53,549 nucleotides of DNA, taken from contig CAYOFN010000002.1 of NCBI GenBank assembly GCA_964403535.1, positions 1 through 53,549 of the forward strand, written 5' to 3'. Below the pieces are notes generated by a model. It did no database searches and was not told the origin of the DNA. It worked only from the letters and a program-made list of their open reading frames with translations. The translations under genes and the position numbers were made by a program. The DNA is from Candidatus Woesearchaeota archaeon. Its GTDB lineage: Archaea > Nanobdellota > Nanobdellia > Pacearchaeales > GW2011-AR1. Shown here piece after piece: positions 41,607-50,896 of this stretch (position 1 is the first letter of the stretch; every line of letters starts with the position of its first letter).

Positions 41607-42060
41607 CCATTATTGTCTCATTAGAAATCTCACCAATATTCTCAAAAATATAAGCGTGCATCTTGTTTATCATTTCTTCCTGTATACTCTCTTTTAATAT
41701 TCCATGACAGTTTCCAATTTGTTTTTCAGGACGAATAACAAGCCCTACTGGAATATCACACTCCATACTTTTTCCCTCTAATTTTTCAAGAGATAACTTG
41801 CCCTCTTTTATCTGAACTAACTCTACATTAATCTTGCAGTTTTCTCCATTTTTCCCAAGAATTTCATACTTCCATATCCCCCCATCATCATTTTGGATAA
41901 ACTCAGCTCTCTTGCATTCAGCCATTTTTTCAAAAAAGCAATCAACATCTTCGCATGTCTCTTTATTAAGTACGAAAAAGATTATTCCTACAATTACTAT
42001 AAGAACCAAAATAAGAACTACAAGGAGGATTATTTCCTTCTTTCTTCCCCTTTTTTCCAT
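41599..42060 (-). CDS. N-terminally anchored, Cys-containing extracytoplasmic protein (hypothetical)
   Basis: 153 aa. TM EIILLVVLILVLIVIVGIIFFVL, then 6 Cys residues. Overlaps the next gene by 8 nt. Confidence 0.5.
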   Translation of the reverse strand: MEKRGRKKEIILLVVLILVLIVIVGIIFFVLNKETCEDVDCFFEKMAECKRAEFIQNDDGGIWKYEILGKNGENCKINVELVQIKEGKLSLEKLEGKSMECDIPVGLVIRPEKQIGNCHGILKESIQEEMINKMHAYIFENIGEISNETIMVV

Positions 42061-42129
42061 ATTTTATCAAGCCAGTTTATCTTTTTAAACTTTCTTGATA
42101 ACTAAGAAACTTAGAAACCTTCATGCCCC

Positions 42130-43275
42130 TTAAACACTAACCAAATTAATATAAGTATCAGTATATGCAAAATTTTTAGCCATTAAATTCTGGCATCCTA
42201 ATCTTTCAGCAGATTTAATTACAGGAGGCGTAGCTGTCCCATTAATTGCAACTACATAAGGGCTTCCGTTTACTCTTACTGAACTTAACTGACTGATTGG
42301 AATTTTTTTCATCACCCCCAATTCATCATCAAATAAAATTGCCCCTCTTGTCCCAACCAACTCTCCCAAAACTTCTTTAATCTTTTCTTTTTCTTTGCTT
42401 GTTACTTTTTTTATCTTTATATCCTCTTTCTTTTCTTCTTTTTCCTCATAAACCCTCGAACCTTTCTTTGAATACTCTCCTACCTTGGATTTTTTCCTTA
42501 ATGCTTGCAAAATCTCTTTACTTGTCAACTCTTCAACTTCTTTTCCATCAGGAGCAACAGCAATATAATCTATCTTTGCATTTCCAGTTACATTTTTTAT
42601 TATTAATTGTCCGCCTCTGTCTCCATCAACAAAAAGAGTTGTTTCTTTATTATTACTTAATTCTTTGATAGTTTCAGGCAGATAAACTCCATTCATAGCA
42701 ATAACATTTTTTATTCCTTTTTTTAGCATATTCACAACATCTGCTCTTCCTTCAACAACAATAACTTCCTCTCCTGACAAATCTCCAGCAGGAAGATTTT
42801 CAGTTCCATACTCCTGCAATCTTGCTAATTTTGCAGAATCTCTTAATTCTTCCTCCATATTTTCCATGTTACTCTCTCCATGAATTTTAGACATTAGTGC
42901 TTTTGCTCTTTCCATAATATACTCTCTTTTATTTCCCCTAACATCTTCTATTTTCTCAACTTCTATACGGGTATCACTCGGACCAATTCTTTCTATAGTC
43001 TCAAGTGCAGCTGCAATTATTGTGGTTTCAGTTTTATCAAGTGCAGATGGAATCTCTATCTCTCCGAGAGTTTTGCTCTCCTTTGATTCTAAACTAACCT
43101 CAATTCTTCCAATCTTTCCTTGTTTCTGTAATTCTCTCATCTCTAAGTCTTCTCCTAAAAGTCCCTCTGTCTGCCCAAACACAGCTCCGATTACGTCTGG
43201 TTTTTCTATTACTCCTTCTGCAGAAAATTTTGCATAGATAATATACTTTATTGAAACTGGGCTTATTTTTGCCAT
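42130..43275 (-). CDS. dnaG: Archaeal DnaG-type primase (TOPRIM)
   Basis: 381 aa. KYIIYAKFSAEGVIEKPDVIGAVFGQTEGLLGEDLEMRELQKQGKIGRIEV is the hallmark archaeal DnaG N-terminus. TOPRIM motifs VIVVEGRADV and FVDGDRGG. Confidence 0.9.
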   Translation of the reverse strand: MAKISPVSIKYIIYAKFSAEGVIEKPDVIGAVFGQTEGLLGEDLEMRELQKQGKIGRIEVSLESKESKTLGEIEIPSALDKTETTIIAAALETIERIGPSDTRIEVEKIEDVRGNKREYIMERAKALMSKIHGESNMENMEEELRDSAKLARLQEYGTENLPAGDLSGEEVIVVEGRADVVNMLKKGIKNVIAMNGVYLPETIKELSNNKETTLFVDGDRGGQLIIKNVTGNAKIDYIAVAPDGKEVEELTSKEILQALRKKSKVGEYSKKGSRVYEEKEEKKEDIKIKKVTSKEKEKIKEVLGELVGTRGAILFDDELGVMKKIPISQLSSVRVNGSPYVVAINGTATPPVIKSAERLGCQNLMAKNFAYTDTYINLVSV

Positions 43276-43406
43276 TGTTTTTTCCTTTTAATTATACAAA
43301 AACCAGTTTCTGATTTAGAAAAAGATATTTTAATACATCTTACTACTCTTTACTCAAGATGATAATTTTAAGCAAAATAAATATAACCGTTAATCATCTA
43401 TTTGTA

Positions 43407-43427
43407 CTGTGATCTGTGATCTGTGAT
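43407..43427. repeat. Three perfect tandem heptamers, CTGTGAT
   Basis: CTGTGATCTGTGATCTGTGAT, read directly, about 130 bp upstream of dnaG within the 650-bp gap. Confidence 0.8.
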
Positions 43428-43617
43428 ATATGAAATTTAATATCCTTCTCTTATCAAAAATCTTAAAAGATTTCTGGTAATTTTTTGTTTTCTTAGCACT
43501 TAGTTATAATTTAACATATTTATAAATCTTTCTAATCCTAAACTCTTATTCTCACAGCATAAGAAGTTTTATAAACTCTTTATCTATTCTAAAATAAAAA
43601 GTAGGAAATCAAAAAAA

Positions 43618-43692
43618 ATGCCTGAAGACGAATTTGAGGATGAGCTTGATGAGCTTCTTGACGAAGATGATGACAGTATTTCAGACTTCTAA
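43618..43692 (+). CDS. 24-codon highly acidic micro-ORF (MPEDEFEDELDELLDEDDDSISDF)
   Basis: ATG is preceded by a TATA-like GTTTTATAAACTC (~43566-43578) and AGGA 12 nt upstream. The stop is followed by TTTTTTTCTTTTTTT. 14 of 24 residues are Asp or Glu. Confidence 0.35.
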   Translation: MPEDEFEDELDELLDEDDDSISDF

Positions 43693-43707
43693 TTTTTTTC
43701 TTTTTTT
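43693..43707 (+). terminator. Oligo-T terminator tract after the acidic micro-ORF
   Basis: TTTTTTTCTTTTTTT immediately after the TAA. Confidence 0.45.
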
Positions 43708-43925
43708 ACCTCCAGAGAATTAGTATTTTTCAGAGAATATCTCATCGCCTTGTATAAACTTGACCAAATTCCTAAAACAACTTTCAACACCAAGTCAGAA
43801 TAGAATAATACTTCTCAGAACTTAATAGAATTTTAATTTATCAACTCCCAATATCTTAAATATAAATTAAATTCTCAATTATTCAATTTATCTCTCTCTA
43901 AAACAATAAGAATTAAAAAAATCAA

Positions 43926-45227
43926 TTAAGCTAATTTCTTCTCAACTAACTCGATGCAAACACCTGCAGCTACAGTAGCCCCAGCATCTCTAATAGCAAA
44001 CCTTGACATGTTTGGATTTACAGACTGCTTCTCAATAACAAGATTTCCAATTGGTTTGACTCTTACTTTTGCAACATCTCCATTTTTCAGGAAATCAGGT
44101 TTTCCAGGAATTGCCTGCCCTGTTTTTGGATCTATTTTTTCAATTAAATCTATAAATTTGCAAGGCACCTGAGCAGTATGAACATGGAATACAGGGGTAT
44201 ATCCTTGAGCAATAACAGTCGGATGATTAATTACAGCAATTTGAGCTGTAAACTCTTCAGCAATTGAAGCAGGTTTTGCAGCATCGCAAACAACATCTCC
44301 TCTTGCAACATCTTTCTTTCCAACTCCTCTTATATTAATTCCAACATTATCTCCAGCAGGAGCTTCCTGTAATTGTTCATGGTGCATTTCAATACTCCTT
44401 ATCTCTCCTGGAACTCCTTTACCGCTTCTTCCAGGTAACACTATAATCTTTTGTCCAACTTTCATTATTCCAGTTTCTATTTTTCCAACAGGCACAGTGC
44501 CAATTCCAGTTATATCATATACATCCTGAAGAGGCATTCTAAGAGGCAATTCAGTTGGTTTTTTAGGTTCTGAAAATAAGTCAAATTGTTCTATCAAAGT
44601 AGGTCCTTTATACCATGACATTTTATCTGATTTTTTAGCAATATTATCTCCCATTAATCCAGAAACTGCCAAGAAAGTAACTTTTTCAGGATTGATTCCA
44701 ACAACCTTTAGTAAATTAGAAAGTTCTTCTTTAACTTTAGTAAAATCTTCTTCTTTATACTGAACAGTATCCATTTTATTAATTAAAACTGCAATCTGAG
44801 AAACACCCATTGTTCTAAGCAACCATAGATGCTCTTTTGTCTGAGGTTGAACCCCTTCTTTTGCAGCAACAGTCAAAAATGCAGCATCAGCTTGGCTTGC
44901 ACCAGTAATCATATTCTTTACAAAGTCTTTGTGCCCAGGAGCATCAATAATTGTAACTTCATACTTTTGAGTTATTAATTTTTTATAAGCTAAATCAATT
45001 GTAACTCCTCTTTCTCTCTCTTCTTTAAACTTATCCATAACATATGCAAACTCAAATCCAACTTTTCCATGTTTTACAGCCTCTTCTTTTAATTTTTTTA
45101 ATTCTTGTTCAGGCAAAACTCCAGAGTCATACATAAGCCTTCCTACACAAGTACTCTTCCCGTGGTCTACATGACCTACGAATACAACATTAATATTTGG
45201 TTTTGTATGTGCCATTTTTTCTATCAA
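43926..45227 (-). CDS. tuf: Translation elongation factor aEF-1alpha
   Basis: 433 aa with [14 protein letters not shown] and NKMD G-motifs. Confidence 0.97.
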   Translation of the reverse strand: MIEKMAHTKPNINVVFVGHVDHGKSTCVGRLMYDSGVLPEQELKKLKEEAVKHGKVGFEFAYVMDKFKEERERGVTIDLAYKKLITQKYEVTIIDAPGHKDFVKNMITGASQADAAFLTVAAKEGVQPQTKEHLWLLRTMGVSQIAVLINKMDTVQYKEEDFTKVKEELSNLLKVVGINPEKVTFLAVSGLMGDNIAKKSDKMSWYKGPTLIEQFDLFSEPKKPTELPLRMPLQDVYDITGIGTVPVGKIETGIMKVGQKIIVLPGRSGKGVPGEIRSIEMHHEQLQEAPAGDNVGINIRGVGKKDVARGDVVCDAAKPASIAEEFTAQIAVINHPTVIAQGYTPVFHVHTAQVPCKFIDLIEKIDPKTGQAIPGKPDFLKNGDVAKVRVKPIGNLVIEKQSVNPNMSRFAIRDAGATVAAGVCIELVEKKLA

Positions 45228-45297
45228 TCACTTTTATTTTGTGAAACGTAGTTTTATCAAAAAATTCTGCTTTATAAATCTTTCGTTTAATTTCTAT

Positions 45298-45744
45298 TTA
45301 TCTGGTTATTCTTAGTCTCTCTCTTTGTTGTCTAATCTCTTCTCTTGTATCTCTTACTCCCGTCGCTGTTACTCTCCTGCTCCATCTGTCTTTTGGACCA
45401 CTTAAGTCTTTTGAAGAGGGAGACATGTTTATTAAACCAGGAAGTTCTTTAGTTCCTTTAGGAGTAAGTCTTATTTTATCATCTCTTCTTTCCAAATACC
45501 CCGCAGATACTAATTCTTCCCATCCTTCTCTTGTCCTCTCGCTAATTGGAGTTAATCTAACACTCGCAATTTGAGATTCATCAACCCCAAAATAATCACG
45601 AGGGTCTTGGAGAACAGGCACTCGATACCTTACTTGAGCAGTATAAATCTGATTAAGCAAAGCTTTTCCATCTGAACCAACTCCCTCAGGATTTCTTAAA
45701 TGAGACGGACAAGCATTCCAACTTTTTGTTCTTGTCTTTGCCAT
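45298..45744 (-). CDS. Hypothetical basic protein with a possible winged-helix segment
   Basis: 148 aa. EELVSAGYLERRDDKIRLTPKGTKEL resembles a wHTH wing. Arg-rich C-terminus. It has its own TATA-like element close to the ATG. Confidence 0.5.
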   Translation of the reverse strand: MAKTRTKSWNACPSHLRNPEGVGSDGKALLNQIYTAQVRYRVPVLQDPRDYFGVDESQIASVRLTPISERTREGWEELVSAGYLERRDDKIRLTPKGTKELPGLINMSPSSKDLSGPKDRWSRRVTATGVRDTREEIRQQRERLRITR

Positions 45745-45954
45745 TATTTTTATTTAAAATCTTCATTTAAAAATCCTTGCATTTTTAATAAAAGCCAAAT
45801 CTTAGTTTAGTAGAATTAAACCTCTGGACCACTTCTCTCTTGTACAAAAAACACCCCTCCAAATTAATAATACTTAAGATTCTAAATAGGTTGAGAGTAA
45901 TTAATTTGTTAGAAGTAGTTAATTATTTCCTTTCAGTCAATCAGAAAAATAAAA

Positions 45955-48126
45955 TCACTCGTTATCAGCCAAACCTTTTCTTTTTCTTATTTGAGGAACA
46001 ACTTTATTTTGAATTTCAGTTGGCATTCTTTCAAATAACTGGTCAACAAGAGCAAATGTTCCTCTTCCTTCTGTAGACCCTCTTAAATCTCCAGCCATTC
46101 CAATCATCTCAGCTACTGGCATTTTCACCCTCATAGAAATATGTTCAACTTCCTGTTCTACATTTAACATCTGTCCTCTTTTGCTCTGCACTAATTTAGT
46201 CATTTCTCCCATATACTTTAGAGGAGCTTCTATCTGGAGCACTTGTATTGGTTCAAAGAGAATAGTTTTTCCATCATTCATTGCACCTCTTAGAGAATCT
46301 CTCACAGCAGGGTAAACCTGAGCAGGGCCCCTATGAATAGCATCTTCGTGAAGTTTAATATCAACAAGCATTACTTTCATTTTAAGACAAGGTTCTCTTG
46401 CAATTGGTCCTGCATCAACAACCTGTTCAAAAGCATCAAGAATCATTTCAATAACCTCTCCAATATGAACCTCTCCTTTTATCTTGTCTTCAAAAACACA
46501 ACCTTTGTAAACTTCTCTATATTGTCTTGCTTCTTCATTGCTTATTCCCATTTCTGATAATTTTTTCCATAATCCCTCATCTTTTTTCTTTATACGTCCC
46601 TCTTTAATCTCTCCTGCTTTTATTGCATTATACACCTCATCTTCAAGAGGCGCAACTTTAATAAAAAATACATTATGCTTATTCGGACTTTTTCCATCAA
46701 ACTCTCTTGATTCTTTTTGCACAGCCTCTCTATAAACCACTATTGGAGAAGAAGTTAGAATATCCACTCCTTTTTCAGTTCTTATCCTATTAGCAATAAC
46801 CTCTAAATGCAGTTCTCCCATACCTGATAAAAGATGCTGTCCTGTCTCTTCATTAATCTCCAGTTTTACAGTAGGGTCTTCTTTTTGTACAGTTTTAAGC
46901 ACATCAATTAATTTTGGCAAGTCTGCAGGATTTTTAGATCCAATGCTGATAGTAACAACTGGCTCAAAAATATGCTTTATTGATTCAAAAGGTTCAATGT
47001 CTATGCTCGATAGAGTCTCTCCAGCAGTAACTCCTTTTAATCCAGCAATTCCCACAATATTTCCAGCAGGAACATTGTCAACAATAATTCTTTGAGGGCC
47101 TTTGTAAATATTTATTTGCTGAACTTTTACAGGACGATTTGCAGTCATTATTTTTAAATCCTGTCCCTTGCTAAGTGTTCCAGAAAAAAGTCTTCCTCCA
47201 GCTATCTCTCCTGCCTGTGGGTCTACCACTATCTTAGTGATTACAAAAATAGTTGGTCCTTTTGGATCAGCACTAAGCAATGATTTCCCAGTATCACTTT
47301 CTAAATCACCAGACCAGACTCTGGGAATTCTATATCCTTGTGCTTTTATTGGATTAGGAATATGTTTAACAGACATATTTAAAATAGCCTGATGTAAAGG
47401 AGCTTTTTTAGCTAATTCATTTAACTTATCTTGTTTATAAGCATCTACAACATCACTAAACTTAATTCCCAGCTTTTTCATAGTGTTAAAATTTATTGCC
47501 CATCTGTCTTTTGCACTTCCAAAAGCAACACTCCCATTCTGTACAGAAACAAGCCACTTTCCTTTAAACTCATCTGGAACAATAGAATCAATATAATTAT
47601 TAACTGAATTTATAACTTTTATAAAACGTTGCTGCATCTCGTCACCATTTAATTTTAATTCTTTAATAAGCCTGTCAACTTTATTAATAAACAAAACTGG
47701 TTTAACCCTCTCTCTCAAAGCCTGTTTTAATACAGTTTCTGTTTGAGGCATCATCCCTTCTGCAGCACAAACCACTACTACTGCTCCATCAGTTGCCCTC
47801 ATCGCTCTTGTAACCTCTCCTGAAAAATCAATATGTCCAGGAGTATCAATTAAATTAATAAGATAGTCCTCTCCATCAACATTATGAATCATATTAACAT
47901 TAGCAGAATCAATAGTAATCCCTCTTGCTTTTTCATCTTCATGAAAATCCATAACAAGCAGTTTTCCTGCAAGTTCACTTGAAATCATCCCTGCTCCAGC
48001 AAGCAAAGAGTCAGTCATTGTTGTTTTCCCATGGTCTATATGAGCAACTATCCCAATGTTCCTGATTTTTTCAGGATTTTTCATTAATTCTACAATCTTT
48101 TTTGTTTTTTCTTCTTCAGATACCAT
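45955..48126 (-). CDS. fusA: Translation elongation factor aEF-2
   Basis: 723 aa with AHIDHGKTT, DTPGH and NKVD. The diphthamide-site loop is HEDAIHRGPAQ. Confidence 0.97.
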   Translation of the reverse strand: MVSEEEKTKKIVELMKNPEKIRNIGIVAHIDHGKTTMTDSLLAGAGMISSELAGKLLVMDFHEDEKARGITIDSANVNMIHNVDGEDYLINLIDTPGHIDFSGEVTRAMRATDGAVVVVCAAEGMMPQTETVLKQALRERVKPVLFINKVDRLIKELKLNGDEMQQRFIKVINSVNNYIDSIVPDEFKGKWLVSVQNGSVAFGSAKDRWAINFNTMKKLGIKFSDVVDAYKQDKLNELAKKAPLHQAILNMSVKHIPNPIKAQGYRIPRVWSGDLESDTGKSLLSADPKGPTIFVITKIVVDPQAGEIAGGRLFSGTLSKGQDLKIMTANRPVKVQQINIYKGPQRIIVDNVPAGNIVGIAGLKGVTAGETLSSIDIEPFESIKHIFEPVVTISIGSKNPADLPKLIDVLKTVQKEDPTVKLEINEETGQHLLSGMGELHLEVIANRIRTEKGVDILTSSPIVVYREAVQKESREFDGKSPNKHNVFFIKVAPLEDEVYNAIKAGEIKEGRIKKKDEGLWKKLSEMGISNEEARQYREVYKGCVFEDKIKGEVHIGEVIEMILDAFEQVVDAGPIAREPCLKMKVMLVDIKLHEDAIHRGPAQVYPAVRDSLRGAMNDGKTILFEPIQVLQIEAPLKYMGEMTKLVQSKRGQMLNVEQEVEHISMRVKMPVAEMIGMAGDLRGSTEGRGTFALVDQLFERMPTEIQNKVVPQIRKRKGLADNE

Positions 48127-48183
48127 TTTAAATTAGAATAACTTATCATATAAAAGTTGGTTTTTAAACCCTTCGAAACTTCT

Positions 48184-48483
48184 TTAAGAAAAAGTAATTG
48201 TCTCTTTAGTAATTTTTTTAGGCACTCTTTTCTTTACTGCCTTTTTCTTCACTGCTTTTTTTCTGGGTTTCTTTTCTTTTTTCTTCACTGCCAGGGTCTT
48301 AGTTACCTTTCTTTTACCTGCTCTTAATCTCTCTACTTCACTAAGCAAGGTTACATGGTTTAAACTTAGATGCTGTATCTCTTCTTCAAATCTTTGCATC
48401 TCTTCTTTCATTCTTATTAAATCTCTTTTGACAAGAATAAAACTTTCCTTAACATTCTTCTCAATTTGTTTAGGCGTTACCAT
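48184..48483 (-). CDS. Small coiled-coil protein with a Lys-rich (H1-like) C-terminal tail
   Basis: 99 aa. The tail reads KRKVTKTLAVKKKEKKPRKKAVKKKAVKKRVPKK. The palindrome AGAGCAAtTTGCTCT (48491-48505) lies between the TATA and the ATG. Confidence 0.5.
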   Translation of the reverse strand: MVTPKQIEKNVKESFILVKRDLIRMKEEMQRFEEEIQHLSLNHVTLLSEVERLRAGKRKVTKTLAVKKKEKKPRKKAVKKKAVKKRVPKKITKETITFS

Positions 48484-48562
48484 TAAAATCAGAGCAATTT
48501 GCTCTTTATAAAAATTATTATACTGTAACTACACAATTACTACACCCCTCTAAGAGCTCTAA

Positions 48563-48847
48563 CTATCCTTCTCTTATTTTTGTAATCTCCTTGTATCTAT
48601 GGGGAATACCCCAACTTGCATAAAAAGCATAATCCATACATCTCTCCAAGAATCTATCCCACCCCTTTTTCACTTTTCTAAACTCAATTACAACTTCTCT
48701 TCCCCTGTAATTTAATAGTCTTGATTTCTCATCTCTTTCCCCTGTTCTTTTGTAAAATTTTTCTCCACTCTTAAGAGTAACTTCTAAATCTCCTCCCCAC
48801 CCTCTAAGCACTTTCATAAAATTTATCCTTCCCTGAACTTCTCCCAT
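48563..48847 (-). CDS. Hypothetical protein
   Basis: 94-aa ORF between S7 and the Lys-rich protein gene. No motif recognised. Confidence 0.45.
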   Translation of the reverse strand: MGEVQGRINFMKVLRGWGGDLEVTLKSGEKFYKRTGERDEKSRLLNYRGREVVIEFRKVKKGWDRFLERCMDYAFYASWGIPHRYKEITKIREG

Positions 48848-48931
48848 TTATTCTTAATAAAACAGCCATTTAAAAATAAATATATACTTAATCACTCATT
48901 TTATTTTAATTTTTATAAACGAGAATTAGAT

Positions 48932-49525
48932 TTATCTTGAAGAATCAGCTTGTTTTTCTGACTCATTTTTCTTTTGCATTGCAAGACTATCATTAGTTCC
49001 ATTAAATGCAGCGAATATTTCATCAGCAAGAGTATCTTCAATTTTTGCTTTTTTATTAAAGGATTTATCATATGCACCATGAACTATATGCTTTAGAACA
49101 AGATTTAATCTTCTTAGAGGGCTTACATCTACTGCTTGAGGGTATTTTGCACCACCATACTCAATTGTAGTTATTTCATCCCTTGGAGCAGCATTCTCAA
49201 TTGCTTTAACTAAAACCTGAATAGGGTTTTGTCCTGTTCTTTTTTCAAGACTCTCAAGACATTTTAGTATAGTCTTCATTTTTTGATTAAATTTTCCTGA
49301 AGCATGGCTTGTCATAATCTTGTGCTTTTTTCCTCTATGCCCTGGTACAGCCAAAACATTTGCAAGCCTCTCAACAACATTAACTTTAGTTTTGGAAAAC
49401 TTTCCTTTTATTTTTCCCTGAGTTCTTAATACTATTCTTGCATCTAGATTAATAACTCTTTTCAGTCCAGGATCCTCAATTTTAACTTCACTTAAATCAT
49501 ATAAACCAAAAATTTTATTGTCCAT
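48932..49525 (-). CDS. rps7: Ribosomal protein uS7
   Basis: 197 aa. VERLANVL...GKK and AIENAAPRDEITTIEYGGAKYPQAVDVSPLRR are typical of archaeal S7. Confidence 0.95.
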   Translation of the reverse strand: MDNKIFGLYDLSEVKIEDPGLKRVINLDARIVLRTQGKIKGKFSKTKVNVVERLANVLAVPGHRGKKHKIMTSHASGKFNQKMKTILKCLESLEKRTGQNPIQVLVKAIENAAPRDEITTIEYGGAKYPQAVDVSPLRRLNLVLKHIVHGAYDKSFNKKAKIEDTLADEIFAAFNGTNDSLAMQKKNESEKQADSSR

Positions 49526-49527
49526 TT

Positions 49528-49893
49528 TTAAATATTAGGATCTCCTCTTCCCGGATGTATATCTTCAAACCATCCTTCATCCTCATCTTCTGCTGCTAAT
49601 CCCCCTAAAAAGCGATTAACATAATTAATAGTTCTCTTTCCTACATATAATAAAGACACAGCAACCAGTGCTCCTCCAACATAACATGCTGTTTTTGAGT
49701 CTGTTATAAGTCCAGCAACTGTTGCAACAATTCCACCAAATCCGCCAACTCCAGCATAAACTAACCTTCTTGTTTCTCTTTTCCTTTCTTTCTCACCCAG
49801 CCATCCAGACTCATAATCAAAATCCTCCTCGTTAGTAGGAGTGAATGATTCAGCTATTGTCCTTAATCTTGAGGGTATTTCTGTTGAGTCCAT
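49528..49893 (-). CDS. Hypothetical two-TM glycine-zipper-like membrane protein inserted between rps12 and rps7
   Basis: 121 aa. Helices LVYAGVGGFGGIVATVAGLI and ACYVGGALVAVSLLYVG. Both termini are acidic. 1-nt and 2-nt gaps separate it from the flanking ribosomal genes. Confidence 0.55.
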   Translation of the reverse strand: MDSTEIPSRLRTIAESFTPTNEEDFDYESGWLGEKERKRETRRLVYAGVGGFGGIVATVAGLITDSKTACYVGGALVAVSLLYVGKRTINYVNRFLGGLAAEDEDEGWFEDIHPGRGDPNI

Positions 49894-49894
49894 T

Positions 49895-50317
49895 TTATCT
49901 TCTTCCCTTCTCCATCTTACCTTTCCATAATTGTCTTAAAGGCTGGTCATTTACTTTAATAACTGCAAATCTGACTCCAGGAATATCTCCTTTAGTTCTT
50001 CCCTGCTTTCCACCAATCCTTTCAATTATAACTTCATCATGTTCATTAATAAATTTCTGAGCAAGATTTCCAGGAATAAAAGCAGTAACTTGTTTTCCAT
50101 TTTTTATTAACTGCACTCTGCAACATTTTCTCATTGCAGAATTAGGTTGTTTTGCTTCTTTCTGAACTTTTTCAATAACAATTCCTTTTCCCTGACTAGA
50201 TCCTTCAAGAGGGTCGTATTTTTTTCTAATTCCAAGAGCTTTCTTTTTATATCGATAATCCATCCATCTGGACTTTCTCCTGTTTTTCATTAATTTTGTA
50301 GCGTTTTTTAATCCCAT
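49895..50317 (-). CDS. rps12: Ribosomal protein uS12
   Basis: [28 protein letters not shown]...[11 protein letters not shown] 50317 (MGLKNATKL) is preferred over the GTG at 50347. Confidence 0.95.
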   Translation of the reverse strand: MGLKNATKLMKNRRKSRWMDYRYKKKALGIRKKYDPLEGSSQGKGIVIEKVQKEAKQPNSAMRKCCRVQLIKNGKQVTAFIPGNLAQKFINEHDEVIIERIGGKQGRTKGDIPGVRFAVIKVNDQPLRQLWKGKMEKGRR

Positions 50318-50440
50318 CTTAATTATAAGTAGATAGTAATTAATCACGAAAAGGGTTTTTAAATATTTACTTTACAACAATAACCTTTATCCCCTCTTTA
50401 TCTTAACCACGACCCTTGTTGAATTTGGAAGTCTAACACC

Positions 50441-50863
50441 TTAAGAAATCTTTAATTTTTTTACATTAAAATACTGCCCTAAAATATCCTGCATCTCCTC
50501 TAACCTCTTCTTTCCTCTTCCTATCAGCATCGCCTTGCTCAATCCTGCATTTATTGTAGCCTCTCCATCTTTTAACTCTACACTCCTAATTTTATTAGGG
50601 TAGATAATTGTCGCCACAAAATTTTCAATATCCTGTTCTCCAGAAGGAAGACCTACAATCTTAATTCTTTTTCTTAGAATCTCACTTACTTTTTTCAGAT
50701 TTCTATTGTCTTGCCCAAGCGCCCTTGATACAAGCTCTTTTGATACAATAAACACAATTCCTTCATTATAACTAAAGCAGTGCTTTGTCCTTACATTAGT
50801 TATTTTTTCAAATAAGTTTGCATATCTTATAAATTGCATATCAAGTTTTTTCATCATCTTCAT
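50441..50863 (-). CDS. nusA: Archaeal NusA-like protein (two KH domains)
   Basis: 140 aa. Conserved position between rpoA and rps12. KH-type GxxG (LIGRGKKRL, ALGQDNRNL). Confidence 0.85.
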   Translation of the reverse strand: MKMMKKLDMQFIRYANLFEKITNVRTKHCFSYNEGIVFIVSKELVSRALGQDNRNLKKVSEILRKRIKIVGLPSGEQDIENFVATIIYPNKIRSVELKDGEATINAGLSKAMLIGRGKKRLEEMQDILGQYFNVKKLKIS

Positions 50864-50896
50864 AGATCAATCACTTTAAGCATTACTCATTGCTTT

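Noticed and set aside
43407-43427. The tandem heptamer as a CRISPR array or other array
   Set aside because: It has only three 7-nt units with no spacers. No CRISPR-like repeat-spacer structure exists anywhere in the window.
43660-43692. A box C-like ATGATGA inside the acidic micro-ORF, suggesting a C/D sRNA
   Set aside because: No CTGA D or D' boxes occur at the required spacing, and there is no terminal stem.
43276-43925. The AT-rich 650-bp gap next to dnaG as a replication origin
   Set aside because: I saw no ORB-type inverted repeats with G-strings, and no orc1/cdc6 gene is adjacent. The repeats present (CTGTGAT x3, CAGAGAAT x2) are short. This cannot be excluded without genome-wide skew or origin-mapping data.
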